The notes beneath the pieces are model-generated. The model was not told the DNA's origin and made no database searches. It saw only the letters and a list, made by a program, of their open reading frames with translations. The translations under genes were made by a program, and so were the position numbers. A stretch of DNA of 64,000 nt from the human T2T-CHM13v2.0 reference genome, Homo sapiens: assembly GCF_009914755.1 (NCBI RefSeq), contig NC_060933.1; one strand, 5' to 3'. Each line of letters starts with the position of its first letter. The first letter of the stretch is position 1. Shown here piece after piece: positions 27,752 to 38,220 of this stretch.

Positions 27752-27772
27752 ATTAGCACCATGGACAGAGAC
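27752..27772 (+). promoter_or_regulatory. REST/NRSF RE1 element
   Basis: ATTAGCACCATGGACAGAGAC versus consensus TTCAGCACCnnGGACAGCGCC. Both half-site cores present with canonical 2-bp spacing. Confidence 0.75.
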
Positions 27773-28581
27773 GAGCAGCCCTCAAATTAAGATTTGCAAA
27801 GCTTGAGACGGTGTTTTCTGTCCCTTTCTGTGAGACACGGAAACTGCGTGTCTTGGGAATGTTTTATTCCACGGGACTTTGCGGAAAAGACTGTCCTACT
27901 CCACAGAAACTCATTTATTTTGAATTAGGCTGGCATTTCTTAGGACTCAGCCATCATGACAAACTGTCAGGAGACTTAGAGCCCCGAACTCGCTGTGCAC
28001 CTTCCACTGTCCTGTTTTACATACACTCCCTTGCCGGCGTGAGCTCGCCTTTCTTCAGAGTGTTCATGAAAAATAAATGCAAATCCAGGTAGTCTTCGAA
28101 AAGTCTGGTAAACCTGCTCCAGAGTTTTTAATCCTCGAATATCCCAGCTGGAATTGCAGCAAAAATGCCTGCCTGCTCACCCTTGCTCCCTCCCCCCGTT
28201 CTTCTCCCTGCTCCCTCCACCCCCTAGCAAAGGGGTAAAGCCTTTTACTGGAAGGTGAGTGACTCCCAAGACTATTTTGCGAAAGATTCTTTACATTGCA
28301 AACACTTTCGTTAGGGACAGTGCCAGGGGCGGCAGTGAGCGGGATCTCAAACATCCTTTACTTTCTCTTTACATTGTGTCTGTAAACTCCTGTTCAAGGG
28401 GGAAAGACTGTAAAGTAAGAGAGCACACTCAAGGAATATTCCCCCCGAATCCTGAGGTTGCTGTTTACACTTAAAGACACATGAATTGTTCATTTAAATG
28501 TTCTTTTAAAAAATGTAACTAGTGTCGCGGTAAATCTTTGAGACCAGCCTAGGTTGGTTCTCCCTTCCCAGCCCCCCACTT

Positions 28582-28624
28582 ACACACACACACACACACA
28601 CACACACACCTTTTTTTTTTTTTT
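28582..28624. repeat. (AC)14 microsatellite followed by T14
   Basis: Direct read. Confidence 0.95.
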
Positions 28625-29101
28625 CCTGGACCAATGTATGAGGTTCATTCTCCTTTAGATGATTTGCCTGCAGATATTCAGACTAAGATCTGTTGCACAT
28701 GTCCCAGAGTGTCTAGGAAAATATATTTGCAGCCTCAGATCGACGATTATTTTATGTAGACGCTCCCACAAATGTCCCCAGATTTCCTTCCCCTCTTTTA
28801 CTCAATAGCAACTTTTAGGAGGATAAACTCACGTTTTTCCTGAGCATAAAAAGGGAAAATCTAGGCGACTAGGCGAGGGTGAAGGAAAAAAAACCCCAAA
28901 AAACCCGGAGGTGAAAAAGGGCAAATCAGAGACTTATGTCCGTTTCTTTCAGGGATACTAACAGCCTTCTTTAAGCTTCCCCCTGGAGCCGATACATCTC
29001 ATGCAAAATTAATACAAGCAATTAAAAATAACAGTTTCCAAAGTTAAAGGAAACCATCTGTCTCAGCTGATAGTAATCAGTCTTTTCTCTGGCCCCTTTA
29101 C

Positions 29102-29245
29102 CGGGACCTGGGAAGAAACGGTTTTTATGCTTCCGATGCTCGGAGGCTCTTTCTTATATTGAAGATTTATGTTTCCACTTGTGTGCGATGCACGTCTAAT
29201 TTGAAATAATAAAACCGGGCTGAGCAACCAGTCAATCAGAGCCAT
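29102..29245 (-). CDS. ELAVL2: Candidate coding portion of an alternative first exon: MALIDWLLSPVLLFQIRRASHTSGNINLQYKKEPPSIGSIKTVSSQVP
   Basis: ATG at 29245, 48 open codons ending exactly at donor CCG|GTAAAG (phase 0). A GA-rich leader lies upstream on the minus strand. Joining to the main CDS is inferred. Confidence 0.35.
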
Positions 29246-29780
29246 CCAGGGCGCTCCGCACGCCGCCCTGCCCCCCACCTCCCTCCGGTCTCTAACTCTT
29301 TCCCTCCTCCTCCCCCTCTCACTCTCCTGGCCCTCCCCGTCTTCCTTCCTCCCTCCTCGGCTCTCACACGCGCTCACACTTTTACCCCCACGTGTGTTCA
29401 GATCAAACCCTTGTCCCACAGAGCAAGTGCCGGCACCGGGCCACGGTGACAAAGGCGGAGTTTGTATCAGAAGAAGACTGAGGCCCGGGGAGACACAGCG
29501 GCTAGAGAAACAGCTGTCTTATCAGCCCGCTGCAGAGATGGAGATGGCTTGAGAGGTCCTCAACAGATAATCACTTGAATAGGTTTGCAATGCGCCAAAC
29601 TTCACGCTTGATAAGGCCAACCCAATGTAGAGAGAAGCCCAGATCCTGCTCCATTCTATCTGGGCTGTAAATTAAGAAATTGAAATTCAGGTGGCAGAGG
29701 CAGCAGTCTGCTGATAGACCGCTGAAGTAAACTGCATTAAAATGCTTTCGGCAGGCAGAGGGGGCGCCTGGAATGGAATA
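29200..29780. promoter_or_regulatory. Promoter/enhancer block: pyrimidine tract, CpGs, GATA cluster, E-box, CTCF-like site
   Basis: CAGCTG 29511-29516; TTATCA 29519-29524; AGATAA 29565-29570; TGATAA 29609-29614; CACTTGA 29572-29578; GGCAGAGGGGGCGC at about 29754-29767. Confidence 0.6.
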
Positions 29781-32339
29781 TTGTTTAAAAAAAAAAAATG
29801 TAGTGGGAGGGGGCAGTGAGAGAGAAGAAAAAGCCCACGGGGCTTAAAAATTATTTGGGGAAGGGAAGCTGTGAGGAGAAGTGGAAAAGGGACACAGCAT
29901 CTGGCCATGATTCCTAATCATAGCTACTATGAATAAACAATTTGAAAAGTACAGTATGGAGTTGTGTAAAGTTTGGTGTGATAAGAGATCAAGGAACAAT
30001 TTAAACCAATCTGGTATAAAAGGGAATTCCGTCTTTATCTGAGCAGGGGTGAGAGGAAGTGGATATCAAATGGACTGTAAAGTTTTCCTTTCATTGTAAG
30101 AAAAGCAGATCAACCGGATACAGAGGAGTTACCATAAATTGAAGTTAACCTGGCCTTTTGGCTGAAGTGATAGGGCCACGGGAGAGATTCCAGAATGATT
30201 TTTAGAATAGCCTAAGAAGTTGTCATCCACAGGAAAGAATCTACATAGCTACTTACAGGAATAACAGTTATTTTTCAACTCCCTCCTCCCTTTACCCAGG
30301 TAATTACTATAGGATAATACAGGAAACAAAAAAAAATCCCAGGTATGTACTCTAACACATACCTGATTCTTACCGCACACTTTATATCTACATTTTTCTG
30401 TCTGCTCTTTTGGATATGAGGTTTGAAATTTTATGCATTATTTAAATAGATTTTTTTCACAAATATTTAATATATGTAATGACCAGCATATAGCCAGTGA
30501 CACTGTCATCTTGATTCACTAATGTCTTAGTGTTGTACCTTGTTCTTTGTGTCTTAAGTGAATTGCAAGTTCGTTGGTGTCCATTTATGAGGTGGATAGC
30601 AAGTATGAGAAGATACATGGCATTTTCCACAAGGGCATTTACATTTTAAGTCTTAGAAACATTTATAAAAAGTTACCTTCAGCCGACAACACATAGTTAA
30701 TACAGCTTTAGAAAATGAATCAATTTTTATTTTGTTTAACTTCAAAAATGTGATCAATCTCAGAATGCATTTAACTGACAATATAAAGGCTTATATCACT
30801 TTAGGATAAGCAAAAATAAAAAATGAACTTGTTGGAAAAAGTGAGAAAAATTTTAACATGCTATCATAAATTTTAGCAACTATTAAACTACTTGAATTAA
30901 AAACAATTATAAACTTTGAAATTGTTATTTGATTATTCATAGGTTAGTAAGCAAATAAATATAGGTCATGAAATCTCAAAGACATTTCTGTTGAATTGTT
31001 ACATGCAAAAATCCTTCATATCTAACAAAAAAAGAGGTGTTTGCGTTTTTTTTATTCTTTTAAATTTAAGTGTATGGATGAATTAGTGCTTTGTGTATCC
31101 TTTAATGAGAGAGAAATTTATGGTTATGTAAGCTAACTTTTCCTTTCCATACCATTATTTTCCATAAAGTTATATTGGTTTAAATAATGGCTACTATATA
31201 TGTATATTAAGAAATATTATTTTAATGAATTCCAGCATTTTAGGCAGTATTATATTATCTCCAATAATCCCATAACAAGATATTTTTCTGCTTGTTAGAA
31301 AACAAGTTTGAATTACCAGCTTTAATAAGCCCCTTAAGCTATGATTTTTATTTTTTTCTTAATCAAATTGAAAATATGCACACAATGGACAGCTTAAACT
31401 GTACTTTAATACAGATAAGACTTTTTTAAGATGTTAATTTGCATACAGATGAAAAGATACACTGTCACCAAGTTTGAAATGTGAAAAAAGATATTTTATA
31501 AATTTAAATTATAGCATTTCAAAACTAAGATAATTTTAAGAAGTGACATTTTCATTATGAACATAAAATCTTTTAGCATGAAATTAGTATAAAAATAATC
31601 TTGTTTTTTTATAAATTTTTGTCACAAAATGAATGCTACATATGGTTTCTAAAGGCATAGCAATTCATTATAAATGATGAAAAATAAAAAATAACTAAAA
31701 ATGTGAAGTTAGTTTTTTAAATGATTTTCAATTATTAATCCCCCTCTGTGAGAAATGGCATATTATATTTTTAAAGCAAACAATCTTCCTATGATGTATT
31801 AAGGCAAAAATGTTGGAAGCTTTTGAAATATCCAAAAGTCTTCATGTTTTTGTTTAATGACTGATTATAATTCTATTACCAAAAATATCACACATAACTA
31901 ATTATGTCCTTCCAGATATAACATTTATCATCAGGTAAGAGTGAAATGAGCAATACATAATCACTTCCTATTTCTAAATATTTTTCCTAATCTTTGACAA
32001 AAGGCCCATTTCAATTTGGTTCAGCATCCTTTGAGTGCCTAGCATGTGCCAGAATAACAAAATTAGATTAGAGACAATAAATGCTTGAAGGAAATCAGAT
32101 TATATTTTACGAAATGATAGTAAATGGAAAACTTGAGGGGTTTAAATAACTCAGTTAATATGTTGCATAATACATATTCACAATGTGTCTGGTTTATGTT
32201 GTTGTTATTGTTTATCCTTATAAATTTTTGTACAATATCACTTTTTAAAATAATATAACTTGTCAAAAAATTACTCCTTTATATAGGAACATCATAGAAG
32301 GGATATTATCCTTCTAGGAGCTACAGTTTTGCAAATTGT

Positions 32340-32560
32340 TAATGGCTTGGGTTTTGACTTCAGACACATGGATTTGAACCTGATTTCACGGGTCCTTGGA
32401 CAAGTTACTTTATTGCTTCTAAACCTTGATTTTCTAATCTATAAAATTGTGATAATAATGCCTAATTTAGAATCACTGTGAGGTTAGATGTAATCATAAG
32501 TATAAAATACTCAAAACTTCCTGACATGGAGGAAGCAGTCAATAGATGGTAACTACAATT
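32340..32560 (+). mobile_element. MIR SINE fragment
   Basis: Core CCTTGGACAAGTTACTT...TTTCTAATCTATAAAAT...TGTGAGGTTAGATG. Confidence 0.65.
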
Positions 32561-35429
32561 ATGAGAACAAAAATGGTAACCTATCACATTTATTTGATGG
32601 AGCCAGAATTAGAATTCCTGCCTTTGCATACTGTCTCTTAAATATTTTCATTAGCTCTCATTAATGTCCCAACTGACATATTTCATGATAAATATTCTCT
32701 CACATTTCTAATTGCAACCAAGTTTAAAAGGCGCCAAAAGGCATAAAATCATCTATCTGCCCTGTTATGTGACTTCAATATATTTCCCAATACAATTTCA
32801 TGATTCACCCATAAAAAGTTGTGGGTCTTCAAAATGGAACTGAGTCTGAGATCCCATTTGACTGATATAATAATAAAAACACCTTAGATTTTTATAGTAC
32901 CTTTTATCACAAAAAGCTCAATGTACTTTTACATATTTATCATTGTAACCCCAGGAGGTATAGAAGGACATAAAGTATTTCTCATTTTCAGGGGGCATAA
33001 CAGAGGCATTAGGAATTTAGGTAACATTTCTAAGGTTCATAGAGATAGTTTTCCCGGATGTCAGTCTTTCTGCAATCTGTTACTCTCTCTGGCATTAATT
33101 ATGGCTATTGTTACTTTAGTTAGGCTCAAACATTAGTGTTTGGCATTAAGTATAGCTTATAATTCAGTTAATCACTTGATGAAATCAATGAGTCAAATAT
33201 ATACCATCACAGTCTAATCAAATGAAAATATTTTGATTTTATGTTGAGACACTTTTATTATTCAATTTTATATATGCATACATTATTCTTATTTATCATT
33301 CTGTGTTAATTTCTAAGGGAAGATTTTAAAGGTTATTACTCATTTATGGCCTTGAAAGGAACCAGTTCCAATCTACTTATCACTCACCTCTCCCTAGGCT
33401 CATTCTTCCATCTCCACTTATATTTTTATAGGCTATTATCTTTATTCCATTTACATAGGCTAACAGTATTTTCTGCTCTAGTTTTCTATTTAGATTGTGC
33501 TTGAAAAATCTATCAAAATAAATATCTAAAGGAATATAGAGGTAGACTATATAAAGGGCTTTTTATAATGTATTGTTTTGAATAAAACAAAATGTATAAC
33601 TAATGTCTACTTGACATTATAAAACATAGAATATCAGAAGAACACTAAAACTTGCTTATGGTTTATAGTTTTGCAGTTCCCTCCTGGGCTTACATTGCTA
33701 TGAATTCATATAGATGGAGCTATAGCTGTGGTCTTTCAGTGAGTAAGTGAAATGGAAGGAAACAACATTTTGCAGTCTGATAAAAGAATGAACCTTAAAC
33801 TTTTAGAGATCTAAATTCATTGTAGGTAACAATAGAAAACAGACTTAATGTTTTTATTTCAAGCTTCAATAGGCGTCTGTCTGCATCTTAAATGTATCAT
33901 ATAATTTGATAAAATTGACCCACTCAAGGTCAAGCCCAGTCATCTGACTGCCAGACTTCTATGAGCAAGTGTAATTAGCACCAAGAAGAAACACATATGC
34001 ATAAACACAGAACAGCCAGTGCTGCTGTTTATTGCCATTTCACACTAACCCCTCTTAACTCTTCATGTTGATGTGATTAAATACAAAATCCATTTCTCTG
34101 ATGGAGCATTATGTATGTGTATTTTAAGGCTGAAGATACTGTCGTAATAGAAATAATATTTTATACCTTTGGTCATTGTCATTCTAGTATGAGAAATTAG
34201 AGAATATGGTTGCTTGAAATGTCAGTTTTTGTAAACATGAGTTGGAAGATGTCACATAAATGAATGGCATTACAGACTGTTTAAGCTGTATGAGTAACAA
34301 ATAGACATTTCCTTGAATTATTTTCACACAATTTACTGTGAATTTTTTCCTGTAGATGATATTTCTAGGTTCCTTGTGCAAACAATAAAAAACTTTCTTT
34401 TATGTCAGTGCTTATTATTTAACTTATAGAGTACTGATGTATTCTAGAATACTAATATTTCTAGATATAAAATGAATGTGAAGATACATGTGTCTCCATA
34501 TTAGTCATATCAAAAGGATACATGAAAGTTTGAGCCTCTTTGTAAGGTTTGTATAAAAGAGGAAAATATTCATATATATTACAGTGTTCAGTCCTCGCTT
34601 TTAAAAGATCTTTATATAAATCTCAATTGGGTGTGTGTGCATGCATGTGTGTGTGTGTGTTTGTGTGGGTGTGGTTTAGAGCAAATAAAAGGAGGTTGAG
34701 AGGTGAAAATTACAGGAATTTGTTGGAGTATACCAGCCTGTCTATAATAGAGGAAGTGGGCTACAAAGCATAGGAAATCAGGTTGGTTGGGTATTGTGGT
34801 ACCACATTATGCTGGCTTTGAAAGCCAGTAGAGGGAAGTACAGATATACAACTATTAGAAACAGGATACACCTATTGACAACTGTGAATTTTAGAAAATG
34901 CCAGACAGAAAGATACCCAAAGGTAGAGGAATTAGAACCAACACATAAGCAGGGTTAAGAAGCTTTCGTCGAAAATTCAAGACTCCTTGCAATGAGGAGG
35001 CAGGGTCAGACTATAATATATATGAGGACAAGACTGACAGGTATAGAAGAAGAGTTCATGACACTGACAATAATGAAAGTGTTTTGATGGCCAAAATATT
35101 TCCATCAGCACTGGGAAAGAGATAGGGCTCTCAGCATATAATGTTTCTGAGCCAATGAGCCCACGGAAGCTGTGAGGGAGAGAAACCAGAGACAAGAGCC
35201 TGTCAGGCTGCTGCTCTGCGTAGCCCAGGACGCCTCTAAGATACCTTTGTGCCTAAGGGAGGGCTTTAAAAACACTGCTGGGAAAGTACGCACTGTGGCA
35301 CTAAGCAAAGATCTCTAGATGTGGAGCAAGGAGGCATGAGTCCTAGTATTATTTATCCCGCTAACTAGCTGATTCTCTTCAGAAAGTCACTCTGACTAAA
35401 CTTCATGATTCCCAGGAGAAGACTAGATT

Positions 35430-35630
35430 AGTAATAATAGTGTATGCTAGGTGGCATTCTAATCCTCTACATGCATTAAATCAGTTAACTCTCACAAGAA
35501 TCTCATCATTTTACAGATAAGGAAACTGAGGAAGTTAAGTAATTTGCCCAAGATAACACAGCTAGAAATTAAAAGAGCTGGGATTTCGCCCTAAATAGGC
35601 TGTTTCTAGAGCCCAAGTCCTTAGCCACTA
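35430..35630 (-). mobile_element. MIR SINE fragment
   Basis: CATTTTACAGATAAGGAAACTGAGG...AAGTAATTTGCCCAAGAT. Confidence 0.7.
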
Positions 35631-38039
35631 TTTATTGGAGTACCTTTAAGGTACTTCCAGATGTACAATTTTGTAATTTTAAAGAAATACAACAGAAATT
35701 ACAGATGACATAACACTTGCAAGAGAACAAAAGCCTCTAGAAAACAGATATTACGATGAACATAAACAGATAAAGCTCTACTTTTCATTTCAGAAATAAT
35801 CATACTCTTATACCTTGCCGTGCTCTCTACTGCTGACAAATAGAAGAGAGAGAAAATTTATAGTTGGATGATTTATTCCTTTAAAAAGATTCAGGTCAAA
35901 TATAATAGGATTTTGAGAAATATTTTATATAAGATGTCCTTGGCTGTTCCAACCAGCGGGTAACATTGTTTTGCAGTTTAATTATTTAGCTTTTACATAT
36001 TTTAAGCAGTCTCCTCCATAAACATATAGTAAACAGTTATAAAGCCATTAAAAATAGTGTTTATTATTTAATGAAATGTGAAGATATTTATGAAATATTA
36101 TTAAGCATATTAAACATCACATAAAGGATGTTTACTAGAACATTAAACAATGGCTATTTTGAGGTAATGGGAGTTGGATTTATAGTTACTTTTTTTTTTA
36201 CATTTTCTGCATTATTGGGTTTGTAAAAATTTTGAGCACGCATTCTTTTTCATAAGTCAGAAAAACAGGTAGTTTATTGTTTCAGAAAGAAAAAACTCTA
36301 CAGCTCAAGCTTGAGGGCCTATAGCCACCAGGTGGGAACAGGTGCTAGATGCTGGATGGTAAGGACCAGTGACCTCTTAAAAGACAACTTAGATAAAGAG
36401 AGAGGTCAGAATAATACCCCTTGAGCTTTTCAGTTTATAAACAAAATAATATTCACTTCTAAAAAATTGAGATTTAATACACATGAAAAATAGATATGAC
36501 AAAAATCTCAGAAATTGCTCTACCATTTTTTTAGACAACAATATCAGGTATAACTATCCTGTCCAATTAAAATTGCCTAATATTAATTATATACAATAAC
36601 ATAAAGTGTTTCCTTCCCTTACTGACTATCTGTATTATGGCCAAGGAATGTTCTTCTTTTCGATGAATTAATCATTTCTTTTTCCCTATTAAATCCTTTC
36701 TCAAATTGCTCAAGAATCTCATAAAATGAATCTTCATTCCCAGCCAGCAAAACCCTTAAAGTGATTTGCTTATATTTCTATGGCATATAAGTAAGTGAAA
36801 ACCATAATACAGTAAATAATTATAATGAGATTGAACAAAAACTGGCTTCCGGACAGGTACCATTAGTGAATTGCTATTTCAGTGTCCTAAACAGTCACCT
36901 GAGTTAATTCAATTTTCATATTCTTTAATTTTTGTCTTTAAAATCACTATTCAGAGAATGGAAAACTGGCTCAATGTCTCAACTGTGACTGATGGCAGTC
37001 TCTGAACATTCTTACTTATTTTGTTTTGCTATTTAGAAATAGTCTAATACCATGACCAAGAATCTAACAAGAGCTATCTAACAAGTATTATTTATCTTAT
37101 TAGATTTATGACATTGGTAGAACTGGAAAAGAAGGTACTAAGAAAAAATACCAAAATAACAGAAACTTATTTTTTAATATGATGTATTTTAATGTGTTCT
37201 GTTATCTTTTAAGTTTTATAAACCACAGACATATATTAATTTTCAGATATGAATGACGACTGTTTTGAAAAAAAAAAACTTATTTGTCATATATAGAGGA
37301 CATAAAGTGCCGCTGCCCTCACTCATGCACTCATTTGACTCATGGCGCAGTCCTGAATAATTTTAAACCAAACATGACTGCGGCAATCAATTTTCGTCCA
37401 ATTTATTGGGCATGAGTTAAAGCCAATTAAAAAACCATTTTTGGTGCAATTCAAGAGGAAAACTGTATAAACCCATGAAAAACAAATTTCAGTCCTAGAC
37501 ATGAGTCATCACTATTCTAAATATTGGTGTCAGTCCCAAATCAACAAGAACAAATCCTAAAATTGCACAGTCCACACTGGAAACTGCATTTATCAGCAAT
37601 GATTTTACACAATTATTAATTTTTTATAAGAAACTGACCTGAAAGGAAAATCATGCTCTTCTGTCTCATATCTGAATCATTTTTGCAATGAAATTAATAG
37701 GTAGTTTATAGCAGCTCCTTGAGTTTCTGAATTAAAAACTGAGGTAGAAAGTCATCTGTGACCTTTATATAAAGAAAGCAAAACATTTTACCTATAATTT
37801 TAAAGTATCTTTTACCTATTAGACCATGTCTTCTTTCACATGAATATAGTGGCTCTCTTTTAAGGCCATAAAATGAAACAATCCCTGTATGCTCCAGATA
37901 TTCTTAGGGTAATCAAAGCAGCAAAATTGAAGCTTCTAGGTTGGAAATTACAGCTATAAAATACAGCTATACATTTTCAATCTGTATATTAAAAAGGCCT
38001 TTCAAGTTCAGGGTTGTCTTGGTTAAAAGTATTCACGCA

Positions 38040-38220
38040 GACCTGAATTCTGGTTCTGCCTCTCCTGTGTCCTTGGTATATGACTTTGGGCAAGTTGCCC
38101 AACCTCTCTAAGCCTCAACTTTCTCATTCTTAAAATGGGCATTAAAAATAACCTACCTTTTAGGGCTGTTGTGAGCATTAAGTGACTAAAGTATTTGTCA
38201 AGTGCCTGGCACAGAGTCAA
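38040..38220 (+). mobile_element. MIR SINE fragment
   Basis: TGACTTTGGGCAAGTT...CCTCTCTAAGCCTCAACTTTCTCATTCTTAAAATGGG. Confidence 0.75.

Noticed and set aside
35103-35123. TCAGCAC RE1-like sequence
   Set aside because: Left half only; the right half GGACAG is absent.
36324-36337. CTCF-like GCCACCAGGTGGGA (also near 39144 and 28321)
   Set aside because: Imperfect matches that cannot be supported without ChIP data.
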